Shown here piece after piece: positions 27,620 to 37,898 of a stretch of 64,000 bases of DNA (positions within the stretch are counted from its first letter, which is position 1; every line of letters begins with the position of its first letter). Source of the stretch: Pirellulales bacterium (lineage in GTDB: Bacteria > Planctomycetota > Planctomycetia > Pirellulales > DATAWG01); the NCBI GenBank assembly GCA_038210495.1, contig JBBQWR010000013.1, positions 15,310-79,309 of the forward strand, written 5' to 3'. The notes beneath the pieces were generated by a model. It made no database searches, was not told where the DNA came from, and was given only the letters and a program-made list of their open reading frames with translations. The position numbers and the translations under genes are program-made.

Positions 27620-28105
27620 GAGTTTTCGATGCTGAAGAAGAGATGCGCCTGGAGGGGCGCTGGTCCGCCCGTGTTAATTTGGGAGATGAATCCGGTTTGA
27701 TAAGCGAAGGATAGGAAGATCGACAATACGAAGGCGCCGCCATCGGTCGTCCGAGTTGATTGGCCAATTTAACCGCGACCGGCAGATCGCGCCACGACCC
27801 AACCCGCCGGCAAGCGCCACTCGCGCTGCGAAGGATGGAATCTGAAGCGTGGCGTTGCCAGCCGTCGCTCAAGCAACATGGCACGATTCGGATACGAGCC
27901 CGGCTGGACCGCGTTTCCACTTAGATGGGGAGATTGGACAGTCGTGGGGACTTGGTCAACAGTCCATTGTATTTGTATGCGGCGCGTCGTCAATCAATTG
28001 CGTCACCTTAAGCCCTTTCCGAGCGGTTTCAGCTCCAAATCCTGAGTCCAGGTGATAATCTGGGCAAACTTTTCCAATTATGTCGAGATTTCCTTGAAGG
28101 CCTGG

Positions 28106-28118
28106 GGCAAACTTTGCC
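28106..28118. promoter_or_regulatory. candidate operator palindrome GGCAAACTTTGCC upstream of Wza-like gene 1
   Basis: About 130 nt upstream of the ATG at 28247. A half-degenerate copy GGGCAAACTTTTCC lies at 28062-28075. The same 14-mer GCAAACTTTGCCGA lies upstream of the paralog, at 50720-50733. Confidence 0.3.
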
Positions 28119-28246
28119 GATGATTCGGGCTGTGTGGAAGGATTGCCCCCAGAGGCGATGCCTTGGCTTGGCAAGCTACATGCACAAGCGCGACAGTTAG
28201 CCCGGTTTACCGGCTGCTGGACGGAAAAACGCCGGAATTGAAAGTC

Positions 28247-29338
28247 ATGCAAGACAATCGGGCCAAAAAACGACCTTGTCCGACCGCGCTCGCCGCCACG
28301 CTGCTGCTGGCTTGCTGCATGGCCGGTTGCCAGGCGTTTACCACCCGAGCAAGACAGGAAGAAATCCCGATTCCCCCGCCGATTCACCACGACCATGCGC
28401 CGATCGAGAAGGACAAAGTCGCCCTGCCCACTTATCGTATTTCGGCCCCGGATATCTTGCTGATCGATGCACTTAAGATTGTGCCCAAGCCGCCGTTCAA
28501 AATCGCTTCGCTGGATCAATTGCAGATCAACGCATCGGGCACATTGGCCCAGCAACCGATCTTGGGCATTTACGCGGTCGAGCCGAGTGGCTCGATCGAC
28601 TTGGGCCCAGCTTACGGTCGTGTGTCCGTGGCCGGGCTGACGTTGGATGAGGCCACCGAGGCCGTAGCGAGCCAATTGAGTCGAGTCTTGCGACAGCCGC
28701 AGGTTTCACTCACATTGGCCCAATCCGGAGGCCAACAGCAAATCGCCGGAGAGCATTTGGTCGCGTCGGATGGCCGGATCAACCTCGGCACGTATGGCAA
28801 CGTCTACGTGGCCGGCATGACGGTCGAGGAAGCTCGCGACGCGATTCAAGCATTCCTCAGCAAGACGCTCGACAATCCGCGCGTGGCGGTCGATGTCGGT
28901 TCGTACAACAGCATGGTGTATTACATTATTACAGACGGCGCCGGCGTCGGTCAGAGCGTGTCGCGGTTTCCCGTCACGGGTAATGAAACGGTGCTCGATG
29001 CGCTAAGCAACGTCAACGGTTTATCGCAATTGGCGAGCAAGCACCATGTGTGGATCGCCCGCCCGGCGCCCCAAGAATTGGGCTGCGACCAGAGGCTGCG
29101 GGTAAACTGGGACGATATCACCAAGCACGCTAACACGAGCACGAATTATCAGGTTTTGCCGGGCGATCGAATCTTCATCGGGTCTGACCGGTTCTACGCC
29201 TTGGACAATACGATTTCCAAGATCACCGCGCCGTTTGAGCGAATCTTCGGTCTAGCGACGCTCGGAGTCCAAGTGATTTTCCGAACGCAGCACCCCAGTC
29301 AAGGTTTTAGCGGCGGTAACGGCGGCAGTGCCTTCTAG
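28247..29338 (+). CDS. polysaccharide export protein (Wza-like, Poly_export + SLBB), lipoprotein signal
   Basis: Internal ATG. MQDNRAKKRPCPTALAATLLLACCMAGCQ is a lipobox-like signal. Also PDILLIDALK…, …GRINLGTYGNVYVAGMTVEEARDAI… and LPGDRIFIG. Confidence 0.8.
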   Translation: MQDNRAKKRPCPTALAATLLLACCMAGCQAFTTRARQEEIPIPPPIHHDHAPIEKDKVALPTYRISAPDILLIDALKIVPKPPFKIASLDQLQINASGTLAQQPILGIYAVEPSGSIDLGPAYGRVSVAGLTLDEATEAVASQLSRVLRQPQVSLTLAQSGGQQQIAGEHLVASDGRINLGTYGNVYVAGMTVEEARDAIQAFLSKTLDNPRVAVDVGSYNSMVYYIITDGAGVGQSVSRFPVTGNETVLDALSNVNGLSQLASKHHVWIARPAPQELGCDQRLRVNWDDITKHANTSTNYQVLPGDRIFIGSDRFYALDNTISKITAPFERIFGLATLGVQVIFRTQHPSQGFSGGNGGSAF

Positions 29339-29462
29339 ACCAGTCGTACCATGTTCCAGGGGCGACAACGAAACTCCGCGGACTTATTTTGAACTGTTGG
29401 ATTTGCTCACCGGGTTTTGCCAACGAGCAAAACGGGTGAGCGGCAATACTTCGAGGCGATTC

Positions 29463-31694
29463 ATGTTGCGAAGAATTCAGGCTAAACGACAACTGCGCTG
29501 GGCCGCGGCGTTGAGCATGGCGCTCGGCTTCGGTGGCGCGCAAGCTCCCGCTGACGCCGGCGAAGGACAGGGTTGTCCCGGCGGAGTCTGTCCCGTGAAT
29601 TCCCGCTATTACGGCTACTTCCCCACCAAGTGGCGCCGGTGGCCGGGCACGGAACCGCAGCCCGAACCGCCACCGACTCGGCCCACGGACCCCAACGTTC
29701 CCACGGTCCAGTTGCCCAAGGCCACCGAAGAACTCGACAAGGGGAAGGAAGGCGCCGAGGGCTCGGCTAAATCTCCCTCCGCGACCGCGCCCCCTGCCGC
29801 CGAATCACCGGCCCAGGACATGAAGGGCCCACCCCCCGGCGGTCCGGCTCCCGGCGGCGCAGCGCCCGGGGCGTTCGAGCCGCTTCCGGATTTGATGAAT
29901 CAGCAGTTCACGGAATCAACGCCGCCATCGCATTCCCAATATTTCAGCAAACCTGCGTCTCTCGAATTTGCCGAAAGCAAAAACCGGCGGACAGCAGACG
30001 CAAGCCGTGCCGATGAATTCAATCGGGCCGGAAACGATTTGGCCACGCCGCGAACGATCTATGCATTGCCCACGTCGAGCGAAGTGAAGTTTTCGCAGGC
30101 GACGACTCCGCAACGAGTCGGCCGGACGGCGGATTCGACCACCAACGCCGGCCCGAACTGGCAACAATCAAACGAGCCGACCCTTTCACCCCGCGACGGC
30201 GCGAGAGGAACGACCGACAAGTCTTCGTTCGATTGGCAGACTCCCGCGGCAGACTCGCCAGTTCCGCGATCGAGCTTCGCTTCGGCCAAGCCGAGCTTGG
30301 TGGATCGCTTGTCGGCTGCGAGCAGAACGGACGTGACCGGGCTCCGGCCGGCGGGCAATCGACATCTGCCCTTTATGCCCTCGACCGCCACAAATACCTC
30401 ACCTTCAAACAACGTCCCGGCAGCCGAGCCCGCGCTGACGAGAGCGACCCCGTCCCGCCGCTGGGACAGCCCGCCACCATCGCTCGCCTCGTCCACGTCC
30501 GTGGAACTTGGCGCGGCAGGCCTACAGACGCCGAACGAAGCGGGCGCCCAGCAACTGGCGCCGCCGACTCGCGTGTCCGGAATCGATGTTCCGCAGGCCC
30601 CAGGCGCCGGCCAAAAGATGCAGTACAAGGCGATCGACGAGGCAGGACCGCACGCTGTCGCCAATATCAATCCGCTGGAGATCAGTAGTTCTTTGTTGGA
30701 CGAACGGCCAGCGATTCAACCGAAAGCTGCGGCTACATCGCGATTTACGGCCGCGAACGACGCGGCTAGTGCGCCGGCGGCGAAGTTAACAGAGGATCGT
30801 GGATTTTCCGGAAGCCGACTCGCCGTCGACCGGATTGCGGACCGCGGACCAGCGCAACTGCCGCCGATCGGCCGAAACATCGCGGCCACCCAACAGGCGC
30901 CTGTGAATACATTCTCGGGCAACCCTACGCCGCGGTTCAGCGACGATCGACTCTCGATAAGCGTTGCGAATGCACGCCTGGCCCTTGGCGCCGGCGCGTC
31001 GGTTTCAAAACCGGCGCCGAGCAACTTCCCACCGCTAACATTGGCGGCCGCGCCGACACCACTTCCGTTTGCCGCTGGCGCAACGCGATCTGCTGCCGGC
31101 GCCGACTCTCGGGGATTACCGCAAACTCAGAGTGGCTTGACAAAATTTGATTCTTACGTCGCGCCGCCGCTCAATTCGCAGCGAGGCAAAACCCAATTTG
31201 ACATTGCGTCGCCGCCGACCGGCGAATCGAGAACGACATCGTCGATATCGATTGACGCGCCGACCGATTCTTGGAAAGCTCCCGAAACAAACCTCGCGGC
31301 TCGCCTTCGCAGCGCCTCGCCCACCGTGGTCGCGGCGAAACAGAAGCCAGTTGCCGCGTCTCAGGTTTTGTCGTTCCCGAGCCCGAATCCCAAGGCCAGT
31401 TTATCGGCTGCGGCGACGCAAGCTTCGACATCTTCTCCGGCCGAAGCCGCCACCGTGTCCGACGAAAGTCCGAACCCCAGCGTTACTCCGGCAACCTATC
31501 GGGTTCCGCTCGCCTCTTCGCCAACGACATTGGCAGCGTCCTCCAAGGGTTTTCGCGATAACAACCCGCTGCGAGCCGGCGCCGGTAAACCGAGGGAGCT
31601 CAATCGCAACGAATTCTCGGCGGCCGATTGGTCTGAAATGCCCTCCGCCCCGGCGTCGCCCGCCGGAATCGGTAATCCTCTGCGCGGCAACTAA
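29463..31694 (+). CDS. secreted low-complexity Pro/Ser/Ala-rich protein
   Basis: Internal ATG giving MLRRIQAKRQLRWAAALSMALGFGGAQAPADA (signal). The rest is compositionally biased with no recognisable domain. It lies immediately downstream of the Wza-like gene. Confidence 0.45.
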   Translation: MLRRIQAKRQLRWAAALSMALGFGGAQAPADAGEGQGCPGGVCPVNSRYYGYFPTKWRRWPGTEPQPEPPPTRPTDPNVPTVQLPKATEELDKGKEGAEGSAKSPSATAPPAAESPAQDMKGPPPGGPAPGGAAPGAFEPLPDLMNQQFTESTPPSHSQYFSKPASLEFAESKNRRTADASRADEFNRAGNDLATPRTIYALPTSSEVKFSQATTPQRVGRTADSTTNAGPNWQQSNEPTLSPRDGARGTTDKSSFDWQTPAADSPVPRSSFASAKPSLVDRLSAASRTDVTGLRPAGNRHLPFMPSTATNTSPSNNVPAAEPALTRATPSRRWDSPPPSLASSTSVELGAAGLQTPNEAGAQQLAPPTRVSGIDVPQAPGAGQKMQYKAIDEAGPHAVANINPLEISSSLLDERPAIQPKAAATSRFTAANDAASAPAAKLTEDRGFSGSRLAVDRIADRGPAQLPPIGRNIAATQQAPVNTFSGNPTPRFSDDRLSISVANARLALGAGASVSKPAPSNFPPLTLAAAPTPLPFAAGATRSAAGADSRGLPQTQSGLTKFDSYVAPPLNSQRGKTQFDIASPPTGESRTTSSISIDAPTDSWKAPETNLAARLRSASPTVVAAKQKPVAASQVLSFPSPNPKASLSAAATQASTSSPAEAATVSDESPNPSVTPATYRVPLASSPTTLAASSKGFRDNNPLRAGAGKPRELNRNEFSAADWSEMPSAPASPAGIGNPLRGN

Positions 31695-31778
31695 TGAGTC
31701 GCGAACAGGCGGCATAGCCAAAACGGAATCGGCATCGGACGCATGCTTGTTCGTCGGTTGCCGCCAGCGTTAATGGGC

Positions 31779-34505
31779 TCACTTCGGAGCCGCCTCTGCG
31801 TCGTCAACCTCCGTCGGAATCGCCGGCGGTGAGGCGAGAAATACGGGGCAATGGGCGTGCTCCAGCAGATAATCGAGCCAAGGCGCCGTCGGATTCCCCG
31901 TGTCGTCCGCCCATCGCGTGGGCATCGAGGCGATGATCAGATTGTACTGCCCCTCGCGGGCGCACCGAACGATCTCCGGCGCCGTGTCGCCGCCGATCGT
32001 GAGGACATTCATTTCGCGACCCAACTGCGAAGCCCGCTTTCGGTCGAAGCCGAGTGCTTGTTGAATTTCGTCGATAGACGCTTGCTTGTCGGGCGCGACA
32101 ATCAAATCCAGGTCGACTTTAGGATCGAGCATCGTCAGCACGGATTGAAACAGATCGTGGCTCGCCGCGCTGCCGTTGTAAACGAGCAGCACGCGACTGA
32201 CGCCGACGCCCGCGGCGCGGAGTTCCGCGACGTTCCGTGCCTGCCGCTCGCTGATCTTGGGAATTCGATTGCCTCCGGCCAAGTCGAGATGCACTTCGCG
32301 GTCGCGGCTCACGATCCGCACCGTGAGCGGTCGAGGCACGTCGGCGTTCACGTTGAACCAGTAGAGCGCCACCTGGTCGAGTTGTTCGTCGGCCGTGTTC
32401 TTGTTCGACACGCCGATCACCAGTTCTTGGGCGCCCAAAGCCTTGGCTGTGTTGATCACGGCGAACAACGGATTGTTCGTGGGCACAATGAGCGGGATGA
32501 CCTCCTTGCCGGATTTTTCCGCGCGATCGACGACGGCCGTCATCAGCTTGGTATCGTATTTGTCCAAATCTTGCGGAACGCGCTCGGTACCGACGCCCGG
32601 CTCGAACTTGGCGGTCATGACCACGACCGACGTGGTTTTGGGGTCGGATTCGAGGAGCGCCTTTTCGAGCATGAACAGGTTTTGCGGGGAGCGAATAGCG
32701 ACCAATTTGACAAAGGGCTTGTCGATGCGCAGTTTCTCGCGAGAGATTTCGTCGGCCGTCGCCTGGTTGAACTGCTCCTGATGATCGTGATGGGCTCCCT
32801 TGAGACGCCGTTCATGAGCCTTCTCGCTGACGACGAATATCATCAAAAACCCAGCGGTAAATCCAAGGCCCCAGGTCGTCGCCGTTTCCTTGGTGAGCAA
32901 ATTGGTGATCGCGGCCGCCGCCAGGACCAGGAAAATCAGAATCAGACCGACGGGAATTTCCAACTTGCCGATCCGAACATTGAGCGGCACCTTATAGTCT
33001 CGATGCGTGTGCTGCTTAAATCGCAGCACGACCATGGCCAGCGCTTTGAATACGAAGCTCCACACGACGCCGAAGGCATAGGCTTCGCCGAGCACGAGCG
33101 TGTCGCCCCGGCTGGCGACGATCGTGAAAAGTTGAAAGATGACAACCAGCGCGAGGATTCGGTAAGTCGTGCCGTATTTTCGATGCGGCTTGAGAAACCA
33201 ATCCGGCATGACGCCGTCCTCGGCGACGCGGTTCAAGACCCCGTTCGATCCGATGATCGCCGTATTGACGGCGCCCGATAGAATTAGAAATCCAATGAAC
33301 ACGACAAACGCCTGGAGCGCCAAGAGTGCCCAATTCGGACCAATCACGTTCATCGCCAAACCGCCGATGAGATTGTCGCGGTAGAGCGACATTCGCTGGT
33401 CGTCGGGAATCAGCAGCACCGCCAAAAAACTGATGCCGGCCGTCAACACCATGCTATAGACAAAGACCACGAAGGCGGCCTTCTTGAAATTCAACATCTT
33501 CGGCGCCTCGACTTCGCGATAAACCTGCGCGAGCGTCTCCTCGCCACTCATCGCCAGGATCGAGTGCCCAAACGCCACGGCGATCCCCAATAGCCCGACG
33601 AGACTCAGCCAATCTCGTTTCGGCGTCGAGGGGGCGGACAACTCGCGAAGTCGTTCGTCGACCCCCGTGTTCTCCAGATAACCGAGCGGACTTTCTTCCT
33701 TGGGCGGATCGGTCGAAAAATTCGGATGCGGTCGAAGGTCCGGCAGCATGGGCACGTGGTTGGTTTTGCCGTCTTTGCTCTTCGCGGCGACCAGGTCGGT
33801 GAACGTCGTGCCTGGCTGACCGATCAAATCGCGGCGCTCCCAGGCGTTGGACGCCAGCGTGGCCCCACACCACACGAGAATCACGACCGCCATGACGGTG
33901 GTGGCCTTCATGATCTTCACGGCCTTGTCGCTCGATTCGTGGATGCCTTTGATGTTCTCCCGAAAGAAATAAAGCGTGGCGCCACAGGCGATGACCACGG
34001 CGCCCCCGTTTGTGATACTGTCGCGCGCCTCCTTGGCGACCGCGAAACCGGAGTGGCCGAAAAGATAATGCTCGGCGTAAACGAACAGGTCGATTCCCAG
34101 GCCCATGATGTACTGGCCCGCCGAGACGCCGCTGATGGGGCCGGTGAGGATGTAGTCGAACATCAGGGCCGAGACGGAGAGTTTTGCCAGCCAGCCTCCC
34201 ATGGCTTCTTTTACCACGCGATACACGCCGCCGCGGACGAACAGTGAGCAGCTTTCGATGTACACGCTGCGCACAGCGTAGCTAAACATCATTACGGCCA
34301 AGATGAACCACGGCGCCGCGGCCCCGATCGATTGCTCGACGATCCCGCCGATGTAATAAGCCGTGCTGGCCAGATCGCACAGCACCACCGCGGCGGTCCG
34401 CCAGTAGGAGATGAACTTGAACATCACGCTGTTTACGACGATCACGTTCGCAGCGCGCGTGTTACCGCTAGAACTGGCCGGGCCAGCGCCCTCAGGAGAC
34501 GACAT
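31779..34505 (-). CDS. APC-superfamily permease fused to C-terminal tandem universal-stress-protein (USP) domains, KimA/YdaO-like; paralog 1
   Basis: Start set at MSSPEGAGP by homology with paralog 2; the track's GTG start 30 nt upstream lies in the conserved leader. About 12 TM segments. GGVYRVVKEAMGG…FDYILTGPISGVSAG resembles the KimA GGAYIVSKENLG…VDYILTVAVSISAG region (recalled from memory). Confidence 0.8.
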   Translation of the reverse strand: MSSPEGAGPASSSGNTRAANVIVVNSVMFKFISYWRTAAVVLCDLASTAYYIGGIVEQSIGAAAPWFILAVMMFSYAVRSVYIESCSLFVRGGVYRVVKEAMGGWLAKLSVSALMFDYILTGPISGVSAGQYIMGLGIDLFVYAEHYLFGHSGFAVAKEARDSITNGGAVVIACGATLYFFRENIKGIHESSDKAVKIMKATTVMAVVILVWCGATLASNAWERRDLIGQPGTTFTDLVAAKSKDGKTNHVPMLPDLRPHPNFSTDPPKEESPLGYLENTGVDERLRELSAPSTPKRDWLSLVGLLGIAVAFGHSILAMSGEETLAQVYREVEAPKMLNFKKAAFVVFVYSMVLTAGISFLAVLLIPDDQRMSLYRDNLIGGLAMNVIGPNWALLALQAFVVFIGFLILSGAVNTAIIGSNGVLNRVAEDGVMPDWFLKPHRKYGTTYRILALVVIFQLFTIVASRGDTLVLGEAYAFGVVWSFVFKALAMVVLRFKQHTHRDYKVPLNVRIGKLEIPVGLILIFLVLAAAAITNLLTKETATTWGLGFTAGFLMIFVVSEKAHERRLKGAHHDHQEQFNQATADEISREKLRIDKPFVKLVAIRSPQNLFMLEKALLESDPKTTSVVVMTAKFEPGVGTERVPQDLDKYDTKLMTAVVDRAEKSGKEVIPLIVPTNNPLFAVINTAKALGAQELVIGVSNKNTADEQLDQVALYWFNVNADVPRPLTVRIVSRDREVHLDLAGGNRIPKISERQARNVAELRAAGVGVSRVLLVYNGSAASHDLFQSVLTMLDPKVDLDLIVAPDKQASIDEIQQALGFDRKRASQLGREMNVLTIGGDTAPEIVRCAREGQYNLIIASMPTRWADDTGNPTAPWLDYLLEHAHCPVFLASPPAIPTEVDDAEAAPK

Positions 34506-34605
34506 GGGATTTCGATTCGGGACAGCAGGTCCCACTCGGATTCAGACACGACGCCCGTGCGACAGCAGTGCCCTTTTCAATTTCGGCGCCCAGACACTTG
34601 CTGGG

Positions 34606-34748
34606 GGCCTGCCGACGAGGTTAGCTGACGGGCTAGAGCTGGAAAGTACTCTGGTCCTACGATGGACCTTCGCCCCGGGGCCAAATACTCGCTCGAAAGC
34701 AAGCAATCAACCCGCTGGTTCCCCCGTTTCCCCGCCTCAGCGAGGAAT
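34606..34748 (-). promoter_or_regulatory. ydaO-yuaA (c-di-AMP) riboswitch-like aptamer, copy 1
   Basis: - strand RNA: CGCUGAGGCGGGGAAACGGGGGAACCAGCGGGUUGAUU … GGGGCGAAGGUCC … CUAGCCCGUCAGCUAACCUCGUCGGCAGG. The 3' block is nearly identical to the conserved ACCCGUCAGCUAACCUCGUAAGCG of the B. subtilis ydaO leader (recalled from memory). Confidence 0.7.
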
Positions 34749-35174
34749 TAGGCTGCACGAGAGGTTAATACTACCATCGGGAAAAAAGTTTGCAATCGGG
34801 GCGCCGCGCGCGGGCTATCTGAACTGGCGTCCAACTTCACGCAAGGGCCAGCCGACTGCGACCTAGGCCCTCCGCTCGTCGGCGGGCGGCGACCCGACCA
34901 CGACCCAACTGCCGAATGACAAGGACTGTGCGATCCACAAGAACACGTCAAGCACCAACGTCTTCCTGGCCTACAATGACGGCGGCACGATCAAGATGGT
35001 GCAATTGTCGTGACGACGCGGGACAATGGAATCCCTAACAACTCTGGCGAACCAGGGGGGCAGACCCATTTTGCTCGCGGCATCACAAAATTGGGTCAAA
35101 CCCCGGCCGGCTTGCGTTTTTGGACGAGGCGGCGTTGAACTTTGCTTCGTCATTCCGCTTCACGATTCACCCAC

Positions 35175-37898
35175 TTACGGCCCCGCCTTCGGCTCTATGG
35201 CGTCACCTTCGTCGACTTCCATCGGAATCGCCGGCGGCGAAGCTGGGAATACCGTGCAATGGGCGTGGTCGATCACAAAATCGATCCAAGGCGCCGTCGA
35301 CTCGTCGTCTCCTTCGGACAACCGCTCGTGCTTCGCGAGAACAATCAGATTGTAGTGGCCGTCGCGGGCCCGCTTGACGATCTCTGGCCCAATGTCGTCG
35401 GTCAGCGTGACGACGCTCATTTCACGGCCAAGTTGCAATGCCCGCTGGCGATCGACTTCGACCGCATGCTGGACTTCGCCGGGCGCCAAATGAGGCTCCG
35501 GAACAATGAGCAGGTCCAATTCGACTTTGGGATCCAGCATCGTCAAGACGGTTTGAAACAAATCGTGGCTGGCCGCGCTACCGGTATGAACCGACAGCAC
35601 GCGGCTGACGCCGACTCCGGCCGCGCGCAATTCGGCGACGCTTCGCGCCTGCCGCTCGCTGATTTTGGGAATCCGGTTGCCGCCGGCCAAATCGAGATGC
35701 ACTTCGCGATCGCGGCTGACGATCCGCACCGTTAGGGGCTTCGGCTGATCGGCGTTGACGTTGAACCAATAGAACGCGACTTGATCGAGTTGCTCGTCGG
35801 CCGTGTTCTTGTTCGAGACCCCGATCACCAGTTCTTGGACATCCAGCGCCTTGGCCGTGTTGATCACCGCGAAAAGCGGGTTGTTCGTCGGCACGATCAG
35901 CGGAACGACTTCCTTGCCGGACTTCTCGGCCCGCTGCACGACGGCGGTCATCAGCTTCGCGTCGTATTTGTCGAGGTCGCCCTGGGGCCGCTCGGTGACA
36001 ACGCCCGGCTCGATCTTGGCCGTCATGACGACAATCTCGGTCGTGGTGGGATCGGATTCCGCCAAGGCCTTTTCCAGCATGAACAGATTTTGCGGCGAGC
36101 GGATCGCCACGAGCTTCGTGTATTTCTTCTTGAGCCCCAGCTTAGCGCGACTGATTTCGCTGGCCGTCTCTTGGTTGAACTGCTCTTGGTGATCGTGATG
36201 AACGCCCTTGAGCCGGCGCAAGTGGGCCTTTTCGCTGGCGATGAAGATCGTCAGAAAACCGGCCGTGAATCCGAGTCCCCAAATCGTGGCGGTTTCCTTG
36301 GTCAGCAGATTCGTGATGGCCGCCAACAGCAGAATGACGAACACCAGGATCAACCCGACGGGAATCTCGATCTTTCCGATGCGGAAATTGAGCGGCACCT
36401 TGTATTCGCGAGTCGAAGTATCCCTAAACCGCAGCACGACCATCGCGAGCGAGTTGAACACGAAGCTCCATACTACGCCGAACGCATACGCCTCGCCGAG
36501 CACGAGCGTATCGCCGCCGCTGGCGATGATCGTCACCAATTGAAAGGCGACGACCAAAATAAGAATTCGGTAGCTCGTGCCGTATTTGCGATGCGGCTTG
36601 AGAAACCAATCGGGCATGACGCCGTCTTCGGCCACGCGGTTCAGCACGCCGTTGGAGCCGATGATTGCCGTATTAACCGCTCCGGAAAGAATCAAGAAGC
36701 CAATGAACACGACAAAGGCTTGCAGAATCAAGCGAGCCCACATCGGCCCGACCATGTTCATCGCCAAGCCGCCGATGAGATTGTCGCGATAGATCGGCAT
36801 CCGCTGATCCTCGGGTATCAGCAGCACGGCCAAGAAGCTGATGCCCACGGTCAGCACGATGCTATAGACGAAAACGACGAAGGCCGCTTTCTTGAAATTC
36901 TTCATCTTTGGCGCCTCGACCTCGCGAAAAACCTGCGCCAAGGTCTCTTCGCCGCTCATCGCCAAGATCGAATGGCCAAACGCCACGATGATGCCGAAGA
37001 CTCCGATCCAACTGAGCCAGTCCGACTTCGGCGTGGACGGGTCGGACAACTGGCTCAGTTCCTTGTCGATCGGCTTGCCCTCCAAAAATCCGAGTGGGCT
37101 TTCTTCCTTGCCGGTCGTCGTGTTCAGATGCGGTCGCAGGTCGGGAAGCACGGGCAACTTATTGCGAACGATGACTTCCTTGCCGTCCTGCAACACGACG
37201 TTTCCGTGCTGATCCTTGAGCTTGTAAGTCGCGACGCCTTGCACGGCCAACGTGACCGCACACCAGGTCATGATCACGACCGCCATGATCGTGGTGGCCT
37301 TCATGATCTTTATGGCCTTGTCGCTCGATTCGTGGATACCCTTGATGTTTTCCCAGAAGAAGTACAGCGTCGCGGCGCAGGCGATGAAAACGGCGCCGTA
37401 ATTCGTTAGCGTCTCGCGCGTCGTTTTGAGGACGGTAAACGCGGGGTGATTCAAGAGATACCGCTCGGCGTACTCGAACGAATCGATCCCCAGACCCATG
37501 ATGTACTGGCCGGCGGAGACGCCGCTGATCGGTCCGGTCAGAATGTAATCGAACATCAGTGCCGAGACGGAGAGCTTGGCGAGCAGGCCGCCCATCCCGG
37601 CCTTCACGGCCCGGTAAACGCCCCCACGGACGAACATCGAGCAGCTTTCGATGTACACATTCCGCACGGCGTAGCTGAAGATCATCACGGCCAGGATGAA
37701 CCAAGGCGCCGCGGCGCCGATCGACTGCTCGACGATCCCGCCGATGTAATAGGCCGTGCTGGCCAGATCGCACAGCACCACGGCGGCCGTCCGCCAGTAG
37801 GAAATGAACTTGAACATCACGCTGTTTACGACAATTACGTTCGCAGCGCGCGAGCTACCGCCCGTGCTGGCCGGGCCAGCGTCCTCAGGAGACGACAT
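35175..37898 (-). CDS. APC-superfamily permease fused to C-terminal tandem USP domains, KimA/YdaO-like; paralog 2
   Basis: 907 aa and collinear with paralog 1. The N-terminal ~140 aa are almost identical (…VIVVNSVMFKFISYWRTAAVVLCDLASTAYYIGGIVEQSIGAAAPWFILAVM…). Confidence 0.8.
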   Translation of the reverse strand: MSSPEDAGPASTGGSSRAANVIVVNSVMFKFISYWRTAAVVLCDLASTAYYIGGIVEQSIGAAAPWFILAVMIFSYAVRNVYIESCSMFVRGGVYRAVKAGMGGLLAKLSVSALMFDYILTGPISGVSAGQYIMGLGIDSFEYAERYLLNHPAFTVLKTTRETLTNYGAVFIACAATLYFFWENIKGIHESSDKAIKIMKATTIMAVVIMTWCAVTLAVQGVATYKLKDQHGNVVLQDGKEVIVRNKLPVLPDLRPHLNTTTGKEESPLGFLEGKPIDKELSQLSDPSTPKSDWLSWIGVFGIIVAFGHSILAMSGEETLAQVFREVEAPKMKNFKKAAFVVFVYSIVLTVGISFLAVLLIPEDQRMPIYRDNLIGGLAMNMVGPMWARLILQAFVVFIGFLILSGAVNTAIIGSNGVLNRVAEDGVMPDWFLKPHRKYGTSYRILILVVAFQLVTIIASGGDTLVLGEAYAFGVVWSFVFNSLAMVVLRFRDTSTREYKVPLNFRIGKIEIPVGLILVFVILLLAAITNLLTKETATIWGLGFTAGFLTIFIASEKAHLRRLKGVHHDHQEQFNQETASEISRAKLGLKKKYTKLVAIRSPQNLFMLEKALAESDPTTTEIVVMTAKIEPGVVTERPQGDLDKYDAKLMTAVVQRAEKSGKEVVPLIVPTNNPLFAVINTAKALDVQELVIGVSNKNTADEQLDQVAFYWFNVNADQPKPLTVRIVSRDREVHLDLAGGNRIPKISERQARSVAELRAAGVGVSRVLSVHTGSAASHDLFQTVLTMLDPKVELDLLIVPEPHLAPGEVQHAVEVDRQRALQLGREMSVVTLTDDIGPEIVKRARDGHYNLIVLAKHERLSEGDDESTAPWIDFVIDHAHCTVFPASPPAIPMEVDEGDAIEPKAGP

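Noticed and set aside
27620-28246. 630-bp divergent intergenic region between the TPR gene and Wza-like gene 1 as a possible sRNA/riboswitch locus
   Set aside because: Apart from the GGCAAACTTTGCC motif, no conserved RNA motif or stable extended structure was recognisable, and the small ORFs there have no support.
31851-33281. 476-aa and 542-aa (35781-37409) + strand ORFs opposite the permease genes
   Set aside because: Antisense shadows. The - strand products have coherent multi-TM APC-permease and USP sequence and are duplicated as units.
34506-34535. GTG start 30 nt upstream of the permease ATG (track start of ORF 31779-34535)
   Set aside because: That segment is part of the leader conserved with paralog 2, where the equivalent codon is not a start. 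Both paralogs align from MSSPE.
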